Source: Octopus vulgaris
Taxonomy: Eukaryota
Assembly: GCA_951406725.2 (NCBI GenBank)
Contig: OX597816.1
Location: 96,596,001-96,660,000 of the forward strand
Direction: 5' to 3'
DNA length: 64,000 nucleotides
The notes under the pieces were generated by a model. It was not told the DNA's origin, did no database searches, and saw nothing but the letters and a program-made list of their open reading frames with translations. The position numbers and the translations under genes were made by a program. Numbering within the stretch: the first letter of the stretch is position 1; the number at the start of each line of letters is the position of its first letter. This document shows, piece after piece, positions 39,552 through 53,828 of this stretch.

Positions 39552-40445
39552 ACAATAATTGACCTTGCTATCATTCCCACTGTAAGTCAGATTCAAAGTA
39601 TACCAGGGACAGTTAACAATCAGACGTGCACAGGAGGATGTGGGTTGAAAATTTGAAAAGCAATGTGATATCTTCAAGTTATCGATATTTAACAGCTCTG
39701 CGTTTGATTTAAAGTTATAAATTACACCAACAGTGTACAGAACTTTCTAATTAGTTACTAAGTTTATCAACCCATAGACTGATTAACTTTTCAAACAGTA
39801 CATTTCCAACATTGTGTATAATAATTAAGGACAAACTTGGCAACATAATTAATTTGTTAGTCATTAATGTTATGCACTACTTTAAGATTGATTAATTAAA
39901 GAGACATACATTAATGGAATAAATAGAAGCTAATGTCTCAAAGCATAAAATTTAATACCGCAGGCAATGGAATAACATCATTCCAGTTTCATTAAACCAC
40001 GTAACGAGCATGAGACAAAAAGAAAATTGACGTCCAGCGAAGCATACAAACACACACAACTCGCAAACATATAAACATGTGCGCATGCAGTTATTGGTTT
40101 TCACATATGGAATATATGCAATATATGGAATACTTATATTCACCTTAATTCGAGCCGTGCGGATAATATAAGACTGACTTGATGCTTCAACTTAAACTTA
40201 AGTACCTAATTCAAATGAATCTTAATTACTTCTTAACTCGTCAACTATATATATATATATGAATGTATGTATGTATGTCTGTATGTATGTATGTGTGTGT
40301 GTATGTATGCATACATGCGTGTTACGTGATCACATGACCAACCGTCTCAATAAACTACTATTGTTACTGAAAAGTTGTTTTTTATATTCACTACAGGTTG
40401 CTCGAAGCTAACAATATTCCTACACCTCAATCCGTGGATCTTGCA

Positions 40446-40447
<2 letters not shown>

Positions 40448-40541
<94 letters not shown>

Positions 40542-40556
40542 GTGTGTGTGTGTGTG
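40448..40556. repeat. long (GT)n microsatellite
   Basis: Seen directly. Confidence 0.98.
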
Positions 40557-40824
40557 TTGTGTTAGTCGGCTAAACTCCAATTTAGCCGTATTTTCTCAAT
40601 TTAGCTTTGATTTTAGTATCCAAACAAATACTTTCATGGTTTCGTAAAACCATCACGATGAAGTTTTATACAAAAGTTATATCTAGATAAGTATCTGGAT
40701 ACATATTTACATTTCAACTATATCTATGAGAATACTTAAAGAAGTTTTATTTTTATAAGTATGTATTCCTACCAGTAGTGGTTATAACTTAATGGCATTG
40801 TTGAAAAAAAGGATTTATACGGTA

Positions 40825-41218
40825 CTAGCAGTATCACCCGGCGTTGCTCGGGTTTGTAAGGGAAATAACTATATAAGCATTTTTAGAGATGTAAAGTATA
40901 ATAGCCATCTCAATATGGCTAACCACAAAGGGGGTGTTACTGTAGCTTTTTACGTTCTGAGATTTAATAATACATTTTTGGAGAGTTACTTCCCTTATAT
41001 ATTAGCAAAAAAATCCATTAAAAAATGGGAAAAAATGATGGTAATTTTTTTTTTAATCATAGACTCATCGTAGACGCGCACTAATACCCAGAAGGGCTCG
41101 ATATGAATCACGACTATAAGATATCCGCTTTTGGTTACACTGCACCGCAAAATGTGGGAGTAGTTAGGAATCTAAATCTTAGGAGACAGACACACAACTT
41201 TAGTTTTATATATAAAGA
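40825..41218 (-). mobile_element. complete non-autonomous Helitron
   Basis: Minus strand starts A|TCTTTATATATAAAAC and ends CCCGAGCAACGCCGGG hairpin-tgatactg-CTAG|T; AT target, no TSD. Confidence 0.9.
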
Positions 41219-41282
41219 TTATACCATTTTTCTAATAAAAATATATTCAAATCGATCCAGATTCGAATTAATATTGATTCGA

Positions 41283-41485
41283 AATTTGACACAAGGCCAG
41301 CGGTTTTGGGGGAGTGATAAGTCGGTTATATCGACCCCAATGTTCATCTGGAGTTTATTTTATCATCTAAAAGTATGGAAAGTAAAGTCGACACCGGCGG
41401 CATTTGAAGTTTAGAACGAAAAGTCGGAAGAAACATCGTTAAGCGTTTTTCCCTGGCGCAGTGACGATTCAAATTAATATCGCCA
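41283..41485 (-). mobile_element. degenerate SINE
   Basis: ttgacacaaggccagc...aaagtcgacaccggcggcatttgaa. Confidence 0.7.
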
Positions 41486-42008
41486 TATCTACTCTGAACT
41501 AGTTTGAACATCTCAATACACTCATTTCTCTTTCTCCTCTTCAATTTCATTTGAGGTATAAAGTTTATAAAATAGAAAAATTAAAAGCATTTTATTGTTA
41601 CATGATACGAAATGGGTACTTAAATAGAACGTCCTAACCTAAAGAACCCGAATCTGCTACGGGTATATTAACATGCGTTTTGATAAAGAATTTCCAATGT
41701 GGTCAATATGTTTCGTCATCCTTCAGGCATTTGATTTCTGCTCTCACACTTCACACTTGCATCTATAAGTATTTGTCGTTCTGCTTTATCGTTATAGGAT
41801 GAACAGAGTGCATATTAAAGCATACATGCAAATACAGAACGTATTTTGTGAAAATCCGGGTAAGTTGGAGATTGCTTTATTGATATACATTTTCTGTCTG
41901 TAATTTTACCAACTAAAAACAATATGCAAATGTGTATACATGTATATGCATATACATACAAACATACACACACACATACACACAATCACACACACACATA
42001 CACACAAT

Positions 42009-42088
<80 letters not shown>

Positions 42089-42119
42089 AAGACAGAAAGA
42101 TAAATACATATGCATATAC

Positions 42120-42345
42120 GTTTTTTTTCCGTCCTTGTTTTCGTATACATTCGCTGCTTTCTTCCAAGGAATCTAATGCACTTAGCTTAGCTTTTCCTTG
42201 CGGCTGGCCAGATTGGAGCAATTTCGAGTACAACCAACCGAAAATGCAAAGATAATCTGGAACTCGACTGAGGAAAGAAAAACTCCGAGTGACCCGTCCT
42301 TGTTTTCTTTGTATCGTCTATCTGGATGTTTTGTTGTCTTTTTTG

Positions 42346-42346
<1 letters not shown>
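42120..42346 (+). mobile_element. unclassified repeat end abutting (TA)n (PLE terminus-like)
   Basis: Bounded by TA microsatellites; hammerhead-like partial core; shares layout with the 42456-42908 element. Confidence 0.4.
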
Positions 42347-42398
<52 letters not shown>

Positions 42399-42455
42399 TA
42401 TATACATATATGTACATGCATACATATCTATGTATATATATATATATGCATATAT

Positions 42456-42906
42456 GGGTACAGGACGCCGCGAAACGTAAACAACATGAAATACGAAGAC
42501 AAATTTATGTATGCGAACGACGAGAGAAACAAATGGAAAACAAGACAAGTATCATTAAAAAATCGACCCTTCATCAGTTGTCAGCTGTCCATCTACTCAA
42601 CATTTCGAGTAACTAACGACAATATGAGGCTTCGAAAAGGGAGTTGCTCCCTCGAACCGAAATAAAATTTAGGATTTGCTGAGGGTCAAAGTTGGTAACA
42701 AAAACATGACAGTGGAGACATAGAACAAACGAAACGAAAACAAAGATGGCGGGCCGTTGGGCCAGACAAGGTAAGGTAGCGAACGCTGGAGGAATATTGT
42801 CTTTGACAAGAGAAGAGATAGGAGAGGAGATAGATAAGAATGCGTCTGGTCTCTAAGACAGACTGAAAGAAAAGAAAGATGGACGATGGTCACGTGCGAG
42901 CAACGC

Positions 42907-42908
<2 letters not shown>
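42456..42908 (-). mobile_element. unclassified element between two (TA)n tracts (PLE terminus-like)
   Basis: (TA)n on both sides; minus strand CTGATGA motif followed by cttgttttc. Confidence 0.4.
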
Positions 42909-42945
<37 letters not shown>

Positions 42946-43524
42946 ATGGCTTGTTAGCAACTTTTCAACCGAAAGCCAAAAGTATATACATCACTAAAGC
43001 GACTGAAGGCGCTATATAGCACCAGTATTGCTAGAAATAAAAGTCAAAACAACTCATATCCACAATAAGCACTAATATACCAATATATGTCTTCAATTGC
43101 CCAGATTAGTATTACAAATACTGATACTAGTATTAGTATTGCACATCTCCCTTGCACATCCTAATACGTAGTGTTGGCGTTTATTCATCAGGACGGACAA
43201 GACGCTCACTGCAAGGACGAACAGCAGTACGAACAAAATATTGCCGATATTAACCTGTAATATTTAAGGACACCAAATTCTTTTCGCGGAGGGCCAAATA
43301 AGTGAGAACGACGAGCGCGGGCCACATAACTATTTTGTTTATTACAATACAGTGAATACACAAAGAATAAAGACAACCAACACTTATTTACCAAATAGTT
43401 ATCAACGGTGACGTTAACAATAACATAGTTATATCACACCCAGTGTGCACATATCCGAATCTCACAAACTAAGCAGCAAAAAAGGTTAATGAAGTTTATG
43501 AAACCGGTGTTTAGCTTTTAAGCT

Positions 43525-43770
43525 ATCATCAATATTTGCTTTGGAATTGTTGCATCCAACCAAGGAAAATTGCTTTCAAAAGTTCATCGGGCAACCTCGT
43601 TCGATGTGCTGACTTCACATACTTCATTTTTGAAAATGTTTGCTCACAGATTTAAGTTGTTCCAAACACTGATGCCATACCAGAGGCAAATGCAGGTACT
43701 TACACAAAAAATACAGAGCAGTGGTGGGCCAGATGAACTGACCTTACGAGCCGTAGTTTGGTGACCCCTG
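43525..43770 (-). mobile_element. internally deleted hAT (Charlie/SPIN-like) element
   Basis: ASVFGTT*ICEQTFSKMKYVKSAHRTRLPDELLKAI (hAT dimerization domain); TIR caggggtcaccaaactacggc next to a ctctagat target-like 8-mer. Confidence 0.82.
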
Positions 43771-44295
43771 CTCTAGATAGACTAATTCTATTTGAAATTA
43801 TAATAGTTGCTTCAGCTCTTAGCGAAAGTAATTAGAATATGTTGTAATCATTCTTTTAATGGCATGGGAGGGAGGAGACTCCCTCTATAAGGGAGACTAT
43901 AAGCTGTGTAGGAAAGAGGAACAAAGGTAGAAAAAAAAGAGATTAAGGCAGTGAGAAGGAGGGGGATTTCTATGACATAGGGGAAGATGAACAGACTTAG
44001 AATAGATGAAACAGAGAGAATGGGAGAAGATAAATATAAGGAAGTAAGTAAGTAAGTAAGTAAGGAAGGAAGGAAGGAAGGAAGGAAGAAGGAAGGAAGA
44101 AAGGAAGAAGGAAGGAAGGAAGGAAAATCGACTCCAGTGCAGGACAAGTATTTTTAGAACTATACTTAACAACCAAAAGATGATGAAAATTGATTTAGAA
44201 TGAATATGAACTCAACGAAATGAGCCAGAACAAATATTCTGTCAAATCACTGCCGGTCCTTCATTATGTATATGTAATACACCTCTCGCGGTGCG

Positions 44296-44560
44296 GGGGC
44301 GCGTGGTCCAGTGAATAGAGTGTTGGACTCAGGATCGTACGATCGTAGTTTCGATATTCATATCCGGCAACATATATTTGTGAGCTAAATCTTGCAATTT
44401 ACATTGCCCCTGTCCACTCAGCTGAAAATGAGAGTCAACAAACCTGAAGGACTACTCGTATGATGGACTGCCGTCACTTTTAGAGATGGACTATTGAACT
44501 CTCAATTCCTTATACACCGCAGAAAACGGCATACAGACTGCTCTGACGAACAGTAGGCTC
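44296..44560 (+). mobile_element. tRNA-derived CORE/V-type SINE relic
   Basis: ggggcgcgtggtccagtg A-box, gtttcgat B-box, acattgcccctgtccactcagctg body shared with the 51354 copy. Confidence 0.6.
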
Positions 44561-45562
44561 GTGGTGGTGGAGGCTTTTTTTTTGCTGGGGGCGGGGGCTA
44601 CAGGTTGGCCTACTCTATTAGCAGTAGCATAACTCTACTGTCAACTTCGATTGAGTAAACCTTTGATCAAAGACATTCTATCCATGAACATTCTATCTTT
44701 ATTTCAGTCATTGTGAATTTACTTTCTTTCTAAGGTGGATGTAATGTGAGGGGAAATTGGGTGTTATTTCTTTCAAGTTCAACTCCCACATGGAGGAAGT
44801 ACTAGCAGCATTTCTTGTTGTTGTTTCTCAACTTCAGGTCAGTCTTCATGGAGTAGACTTACGATCAAATAAATGCATTTCATCTGTGACCATCCCGTTT
44901 ATCTCTCCCTGTGTAGGGCGGACCTAGGAAACTGTCCTTTTCTAAAACAATAATTTCGATTTGAGGGAGATTTGGTTGCTTTTTCGAGCTAACTGGACAA
45001 TGCCGTAAAGACTCCTGCAATGAGCAGCAGCAGCAGCAGCAGTAGTGGTAGTGGTGGTGGTGGTGGTGGTAGTAGTAGTAGTGGTAGTAGTGGTAGTAGT
45101 AGTAGTAGTAGTGGTAGTGGTAGTGGTAGTAGTAGTAGTAGTAGTAGTAAATGGTGCTGTTTCGATTATGGTGTGTCCATTATTATTGGTATTTGTGATT
45201 GACGAGGTAATTGTTGTGATATCAGTGTCCTCACTGGTGTGTTGCTGCTGCTGCTGCTGTTGTTGTTGTTGTTATTGTTGATGTTCTTGCTTTGTTGTTT
45301 ATAAACTTTTGCTTATACATTCAATCTTTATACAGCTACACACTTTACACACAAAATTTATTGTCTATGGATTTATTAACCGTTTCTCTCATTGATAACG
45401 TCACTACCATCATCATCATCACTACTACGATTCAATGCGAAAGTCTTTACACAGTCCGCTCAACCTGCTAGAAGTAGCAGCCAAACCTCTCCCAAAGGAT
45501 ATCATGCCATTTAAAAGAAAAACTGCACATTAAAGTGTCATTCTGGATATAAAACTGGAATA

Positions 45563-45811
45563 CTTTTGGGGGTAAGTCTTATAGATCAGGGTTGATGTAG
45601 GACTAAACAGCAACAGCAATAGCAGCAGCAACCATTTTAACCACTACTGCTCCTAATGCCATCATTGCTACAACCACCATCATCATTACAACTAATACCA
45701 TCCCCACCGTCATCGGCATCATGACATTATTTTTACCATCATGGTCGTCGTCGTCGTTGTCATCATCGTCATTATCATTTTCACTTTTCATCTACATCAC
45801 TAACATCATCA
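45563..45811 (+). repeat. donor copy of a ~250-bp dispersed duplication
   Basis: Nearly identical to 49741-49992. Confidence 0.92.
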
Positions 45812-48800
45812 CCATCGCTATTTCCATAACCAAAGTCCCCTAGCAGCAGCAAGCAAGCAACATTTTTGTGGTTGTCGTTGTCTTCATAATGCGACGAGGA
45901 AAGAGCTACACTTGAGAAGTATTTAACTGCTATTCTTTCAGGTCCAGAGACAACAAAGAGGCTTCCTTGTTACAGTTCACTCTAGGCAGCATCCAAGTGA
46001 GCTATAATGAATGTTTCATCAGCATGAGGCCCTAAATTGAATCAAACAATAGATAAAGCGTTGGGTGGGACAAAGCGGAAATAATTTAGACCTATGATCA
46101 AAGGCATTCTAGCTATAACCATCCGAGCACTGATCTGATACATTATATCTAGGACTACACAAATCCGAAGTGATCTTTATTTCTTTAAGATAGTAGAGTG
46201 CTATTCGGAGGAGATTTGGCTACCATTTTTAACAGAGATGCTTCTTTGTTCTGAACTGCTCATAGTTAAATTACTAAATACCTTGTATGTTAATAGTGTT
46301 TTCTTTCAACGTTGTACTGTACTACACTATTAATTTCCTAATAAATTATTGATCTCATTATCAATCACCAATGCCTGATTGATGCAAATCAAGTTATCTA
46401 ATTTACTCAAACTCTTCAATACATAGTCAAAACGTTCAACAATCAGTTTACCATCAATTTCTCCGTGGACGTATAAAGAAAATCCTCACTAATGACGAGA
46501 CCTCAACACAGCACTCATTCTATCCACGAAGTTATTTTCTTTCATATTAGGTGATTACACCAGGCTATACATACAATATTCACGTAACAACTATACATAC
46601 ATTAATGTAGTACAGCTTATGATTGTGTTATGAATAGTTTTGATTTTATAGATTTGCTTATGTGATAACAGTAGTAATAACATCACCATCAACATTATCA
46701 TCACAAAAACGTACGCAGCATTAGATAGCAAACCTCCAAAAAGCTATCACCTTCCGACGGTGATCATTATATCCATTTTCACTGAAGTCACTGCAGAGAG
46801 AGGAACTGCTTAGAGACGTCGTTTGCGACAGAACTAAGCAGTAACTCAACCTCTTTGAAGCATCAGCGAAATGCTTGAACTCTCACTCTACCTTCTTGCA
46901 AAAATGAGAGAGCACACGTTGGATAATGTGATATAGTAGCGTAGTGGGGTGAGGTGGTCTGCTCTGCGCGAGGCTTTTATGGATTCTACACATTTGGGTC
47001 GGCTATAGTGGCCTATAGAGGTTTGTGAGGCCACAACGCAGTGAGACAAACTCAAGGGCTGCCCCGGGCAGCATACACTCTACCTACATGATTGATGTGA
47101 TACATGATATCTGTACAAAAGAGTTATTTCTGTAGTTGTTCTGTCTGATGTTATTGTTGTTGCTGATCATATTGCTGCTGTTCTTGTTTTAATTGTCATT
47201 GTCTTTTAGCCCAAGGTATTGAAACCATCAAGGAGCTATTTAAACCTATTTTAAATGGTTCTTAACATTCTTCAATACATACTATATACTTTTGATTCTT
47301 TTGAAGTCTTTCATTCTTTATTTCATTTCTTTCTTTTTATTTATATTTTCTGATAGCGTTTCATGTATGATTCTGTTTTATTAATTATAATTTGACACTT
47401 AATAATTATCTTGTGATATCATTTAACGGATTTCTATGTATATTTATTACCTTTGTGTTAATAAATGCCTTCTGGCATTTGGACTTTTCGCTTTGAATTC
47501 CTCATTTCACCATCACCAACACGATTTACTATTATTCTCAGTCTGCTAATTTTACCATTTTCTACAATAATTTCGACAGTTTTCTTCTGCCAACAATTTT
47601 ATGCCACTCCCTCTACATTTAATAATTTCTCTTCTTGTCTGTTGCTGGGTGTTAAGAGTAATCTAAACTTTACGTGATGATATGAATTGACTGAAGATGA
47701 TCACTTGTCTTTGAGTCTTATTTATATATATTACGTTGCATATGATGGACAATAGCAACGTTCATTACAAATTTTCAATGGATTAATCATTGGTCCTTAA
47801 AATTTCTCACGGCAAAAACCAGAAGGGTGCGTCTATGTAAACCGACGTGAAATAAATAATGTTGTTCACATAGTTTCCTGTCATATATCATCAAAAGATA
47901 CCCACCCTTTCTCTCTCTATCTCTCTCTCACTCTCTCACACACTCACACACACATACACAACGTGTGTGCGAGCGGAATTAAAACCACGCACACATAAGT
48001 TCTGGAAAGTAGGTGTAAGCCTGCGTTAACGAAGTGTCATTCACTCAAGCTGCTTAACAGTAATTAAAAGTTCAATTTGAAATATAATGGAAACCATCAA
48101 TTTCACATACCCGCCAAACATGTTTTGTTGCTGCATTCACTCGTAATGCCTATTGCTTAGAGTGCTGCATTTACGATAGCTAGATTGTGGTTTCGGTTTT
48201 CCAGACCGTTAGTGCGTTTAGTTTTTTGAGTAAAATACTTCATTATACGTTGCTGTAGTTCATTCAACCGCAAATTGGTAATCTTGCGACGGACTGGCGT
48301 TCAGTCCAGAAAGAATGTTGGCTTGCACGGCTTGCCTGCGGCATAGTATCATTCGAAGGCAAGAACAAAGCAAGGAAGCGCATTGTGGCCAGCTGTATAT
48401 AAAAAAGTAATATGTGTGCATGTATGTATGTATGTATGTATGTATGTATGTATGTGACTGAGTTGCAAGCAGATTTACTTCTGCCTTTATAGCACATAAA
48501 GAAAACGTTGTTGTAGGAATGTACGCAGCACGTGTACTACAGCAGTACAATGCGCAGCTTAAATACTGAGATTGAAAGGCAGGAGTGAATTATGCCTACT
48601 AATCTACAGAAAAATAAAATACTTGGCTTTTTATGCATATTAATCGGAGTAACCTTCATAATTTTATTGAATTATGTGCATATTTTGCCATGAGAGGAAA
48701 ATGTTGCTATCGAACTATTTTATTCAAGATAGGCACTACCTACCTTGCCTACCTAGGCGGCACGTCCCTCATGTATTGTTAGTTTATCATATTTCAGAAA

Positions 48801-49744
48801 AAGAAGCACACTGAATGTATACTTGATACCATCAATTGATGTATTCTAAGCCCCTTTCGCATTTTCTCTCTGTTTCTTTCTCCATACCACACTTTATCCT
48901 AATTACCATGTCTCCCATTGAACCTATATATCTATAAACACTGTCCTATACTACTCTCTTAGCCAGATTCTTCTGCTGAGGATAACAAGATTTCATTTCA
49001 CGAATCTATACAAAATTTGTGTTATTATAGTAACCTACTGTATCATGGCTTTTATTACATAATGAACATGGGTGTAACATCAATCATGGTTTATCCAAAA
49101 CAACTGAAAAGATAGCCTATTACATCATGATTATTTTTAATTCTTAAAGTGCGAGAAAAGGCTTCATGTACCAAATGAGTAAATCCAAAAACGTCTTTTC
49201 TTTTGTTAAGGATAATTTTATATCTGTTTTCAATTTAAACAAATACAAAAGCTATAAAATATTTAACTCTCTTAGATTATAAAAAGATAAAAGGAAATCA
49301 TTTGAATATAAATTCATTTGAGATTTCCGCATTCTTGTTGTCAAATGAATGTACAAATTTTAAAAAAACCGTTCCCCCTTTCCATCCACAATTGGTTGAA
49401 GCAACAATTTCTTCTCTGCCAGCTAGAACCTCACCATCATCATCTCTATCTATCTCATCTGGTGCTAAAGGAAAGTTAGAAAAAACTTCATTGCAATACA
49501 AAATATGCCATTTGCGACTCGATTTATCCCATCAATAAGGGCCGCTTATGCCTAGGCGCATTTGACGGAATAGACGCTTGGATGTTAAGCAATTATGACA
49601 GTAGCCATTAAAATTTTGAAATATCACTTGATGATGTCAGCTGTCCTGAAATAAAATATCTATTGGAGATGCTCGCCGTTTAAGGGTAAAATATCAAATA
49701 TTCTCTCCTTGTGGAATTCTCCATCTTTATATCTCTATATCTTT

Positions 49745-49991
49745 TGGTCGTAAGTCTTATAGATCAGGGTTGATGTAGGACTAAACAGCAACAGCAATAG
49801 CAGCAACAGCCATTTTAACCGCTACTGCTCCTAACGCCATCACGGCTACAGCCAGTAACATCATTACAACTAAAACCATCCTCACCGCCATCGGCATCAT
49901 GACATCATTTTTATCATCATGGTCGTCATCGTTGTCATCATCGTCATTATCATTTTCACTTTTCATCTGCATCTGCATCACTAACATCATC
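49745..49991 (+). repeat. inserted copy of 45563-45811 flanked by 14-bp direct repeat ATCTCTATATCTTT
   Basis: Direct repeat at 49731-49744 and 49992-50005. Confidence 0.88.
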
Positions 49992-50418
49992 ATCTCTATA
50001 TCTTTCTTTCCATCATAAATCCCTTAAACACTGTCACGTGCTTGCATTTCTCTCTGTTGCCTTTCCAAGTGCGTCACCTTACTATTTCGTTTTTGTTTGT
50101 TTTTCCAGCTTCTTACCATGGATACATATATATATATATATACATCTCTCTGGACTGTTCCCTATGACTGTATTTTTATTTAATTATATTTCTTTTTTTC
50201 TTTAGTGGTAAGGGGATAATTTTCCGCCAATAGCTTTTACCTTTTTCAGTTTTAAGATAATGCAATAAAACTTGTTCCTCCTGCATTGTCTTTACACAAC
50301 AGACACACACACACACATATACGTAGTGCATGTATCTGTGTGTATGTACGTACGTACGTATGTATGTATGTATGTATGTATGTATGTATGTATGTATGTA
50401 TGTATGTATGTATGTATG

Positions 50419-50451
<33 letters not shown>

Positions 50452-51000
50452 TCAGGCAAGAGAAAAGTCACTTGACCAAGATTATGCAATTCCCGTCTTT
50501 ATAATTTCACACACAAAATATTAGTCAACTCGGACTATGATTGAATTTGCTTTCCCAAAGGTGCCACTGAATGGAATCGAACCGGAAACCATGTGGTATA
50601 AAGTATATTCACTGAGCTTCACATATACGTGTAATCCTATTCTAATCCTTCATAATATATACGCGTAATCCTAGTCTAAGTATGTAATCTTATTCTAATC
50701 CTCAGTAATAGCTTAACCTCTCACTATTCACGTTTAAGTATTTGTTATCTAGCTTGTTCGGTGTTAAGCTGCAATTGCGTTCTTAAAGATTGCAGAGACT
50801 TAGAATAAGAAAATAAAAGACAAGAGAAAGAGAGGTGTGAGGGAAAGAAGGGTGTTAATATACCCATGTTGATAAGGTAGCTTAAGCAAAGGTGAAATGA
50901 AGAACAAGATTCTGAACCATTTGCTGGTCAGTGAAAAGAATCTTAATATTTGTGCATCATGGTTGTGTGTGTGCGCGCGCGCCCGTGTATGTGTCTACAC

Positions 51001-51219
51001 CAGTGCTTTTCAAACTTTTTACTGAAGCGGAACCCCAAGGAAACATTCCACTGGCTCGAGGAACCCCTGTGCAATAATTTAATTGTCTTATGCACACATA
51101 TCTGCACAGTAGAATTAAAAATTACTGTCGATTTTAGCATTTTTGTTACTTCTTGCGGAACCCCTGAACTGTACTGTCGGAACACTAAGGTTCCGCCGAA
51201 CCCTGGTTGAAAACCACTG
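51001..51219. mobile_element. hAT-Charlie MITE with perfect 8-bp TSD GTCTACAC
   Basis: TIRs cagtgcttttcaa and ttgaaaaccactg; TSD at 50993-51000 and 51220-51227. Confidence 0.95.
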
Positions 51220-51353
51220 GTCTACACCAACACACGCATTTGATTGACTTTTCTCAAGAATTTCCATGTTCGATCTAACAACGTGTTGCCTTCTCCATGT
51301 GTCTTTTACTATAGACTCAGGTTTAACATATTTTGAGAGCGAAGCAAGTATCA

Positions 51354-51490
51354 AGGCGCATGGCCAGTTGGTTGTGGTGTTGCACACACGATCACGAGAT
51401 TGTTGTTTCGATTCCCAAGACTGGAGGTATGTTGTGATCTTGAGCAAAACACTTAATTTCACATTGCTGTAGTCCACTCAGCTGTAAATT
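51354..51490 (+). mobile_element. tRNA-derived CORE/V-type SINE relic
   Basis: ggcgcatggccagttggtt...gtttcgattccc...cttgagcaaaacact...gtccactcagctg. Confidence 0.65.
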
Positions 51491-51913
51491 GGCAACTGCG
51501 AGGTATTGGCATGCCATTCAAGGAGTAATGTTGCTCTGTGCACCTAATCAATGGATTAGCATCACTCGAAAGATACAATTATGCGACAATGCAAGGGAAT
51601 GCATGGAGACCAGCCGTGTTTAACAACAACCAATAGTCTGCTCATATACAATGATATAGACAAATGCACTTATCAAATGTCATACAGCATGAATTTTAGA
51701 TTTATTAAAATTATCTCCGCCTTTAGGAAATGTGTCATAATTATCAAATGACAATTACGACAAACTCCAGATTAGAAAGGGAGATAATTTCAAGAATCAA
51801 TAATTTCTCCAGAATTGTTTGGCCTGCTATTATAAAACAGGACGTATGAGCGTGCGTGTGTGCGTGCGTGCTATACTTACGATAGGCTTCTGTGTAATGC
51901 CGGTAATAAATTT

Positions 51914-52149
51914 AAGGCGGCAAGCTGGCAGAGTAGTTAGCACGCCAGGCGAAATGCGTAGCCGTATTTCGTCTGCCGCTACGTTCAGAGATCAAATTCT
52001 GCCGAGGTCGACTTTGCCTTTCATCCTTTCGGGGTTGATTAAATAAGTACCAGTTACGCACTGGGGTCAATATAATCGACTTAATCCGTTTGTCTGTCCT
52101 TATTTGTCCTCTCTGTGTTTAGCCCCTTGTGGGTACTAAAGAAATAGGT
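51914..52149 (+). mobile_element. full-length monomeric SINE with 12-bp TSD GGTAATAAATTT
   Basis: TSD at 51902-51913 and 52147-52158. Confidence 0.93.
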
Positions 52150-52703
52150 AATAAATTTCACTACAAATCGAGTTACAGTACCACATTGTGCTATTGAACC
52201 CGTTATCATATGGTCAAATATCGAAATTCTTAACTACATAGTAACGTGTGATTACTTGTGTGTATAAATTAAATCCTAGCAATAAAAAAAACATAGCTAA
52301 TCAATTATTTTTGATGTCTGTTATCCATTTAATGTCTGTTATCCATTTAAAACATTAACTTTTATTGTGGCTATATTTTACCGGTGGCAATATAAATTTA
52401 GATTGTGAATCCCCAAAGAAATCACTTTTAACTGCACTAAATTAGCTAAGGATTAAGGTATGTTCTTTTTTTAAATTATCGCTTTCACCGTGTTTACGAA
52501 ATCAGTGACAGTATCAAAGCTTGGTTCAAAGGTTTCGTTTCGCCATGGGAAAATCTTACCGTTAAAATTGTCGAAAGCCATCACCGAATATCGTATCTCT
52601 TATTGATTTTATCACACAGTAATCAAGAAATCTTGAAATGTTATTTTAGTTCATTTTAATGCGTACGCACATACATACATACGTACACATATACATATGC
52701 ATG

Positions 52704-52743
<40 letters not shown>

Positions 52744-52762
52744 TATATGTATATATATAGAG

Positions 52763-52826
<64 letters not shown>

Positions 52827-53076
52827 TTTTTAAACAGAATAACACGAGAGAAATAAATCAGGGTATATACGTTAAAAAACATGCATATTCGACGTGTCTT
52901 TTCCCTACTTATATATATTACGGCTCTGAAATTTAATCTTTCTGTTTCCATGAAGAAATATTCGCATTTTATCCCCACCATATTTATTGTCGTCACTAAT
53001 ACTTTATATACAAATACAAACGCACATGTATGTGTGAATGTATGTACGTACGTATATATGTATTTATGTATACACA

Positions 53077-53226
53077 TGTATGTATGTATGTATGTATGTA
53101 TGTATGTATGTATGTATGTATGTATGTATGTATGTATGTATGTATGTATGTATGTATGTATGTATGTATGTATGTATGTATGTATGTATGTATGTATGTA
53201 TGTATGTATGTACGTATGTATGTATG
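53077..53226. repeat. (TATG)n microsatellite
   Basis: Seen directly; many similar tracts elsewhere in the window. Confidence 0.98.
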
Positions 53227-53764
53227 AATACACATGCAATGTTGTTATTATTAAAATTCTCCATTTGAAATTTATATCTTCGAAAAGTCAGTGCACAGTC
53301 TTAACTGCAAAATACAGAACATAATTTAATCATACATTGTTTCATATATTTTTTTTTTTCATTACTACTAAAATATTGAGGTTTTATAAATCAGATTGTT
53401 TTTCATAACAATGTTTAAATATTCCAACTTTCATAACAATTTAGAGTCCGATTCATAGAACAAAATATGTTTGAAATATCAAGAAATTTGAATATGAAAC
53501 AACAGAAGAATTATTTTCATCCTCCCCAGTACTGGAACAATACATAAACTTTATGAACATATGATCTCTAAATGAGGTATTTTAATAACGAGAGCCTTCC
53601 TATATAAGCTGTCCAATTATTTTCTGGAAGATACACTTGTCTCTCGATAATGTCAGCAATTCTGGTACAGCTTTCTAAGTAAACATGATTTGATATCGTT
53701 ATTCAAACTTTACAGGGTTTAATATTTTCTCCATATATATATATATATACATATACATACATAC

Positions 53765-53828
<64 letters not shown>

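Noticed and set aside
46934-47093. PIF/Harbinger-like MITE
   Set aside because: The termini are too degraded to confirm TIRs or a TSD.
47690-47720. CTGAAGA hammerhead core
   Set aside because: No downstream GAAA or compatible stems.
45603-49993. Two paralogous small ORFs MKSENDNDDDD...
   Set aside because: They are a by-product of the 250-bp low-complexity duplication, with no coding signal.
52314-52352. 18-bp tandem duplication (similar ones near 29449 and 50625)
   Set aside because: Ordinary slippage-type duplications.
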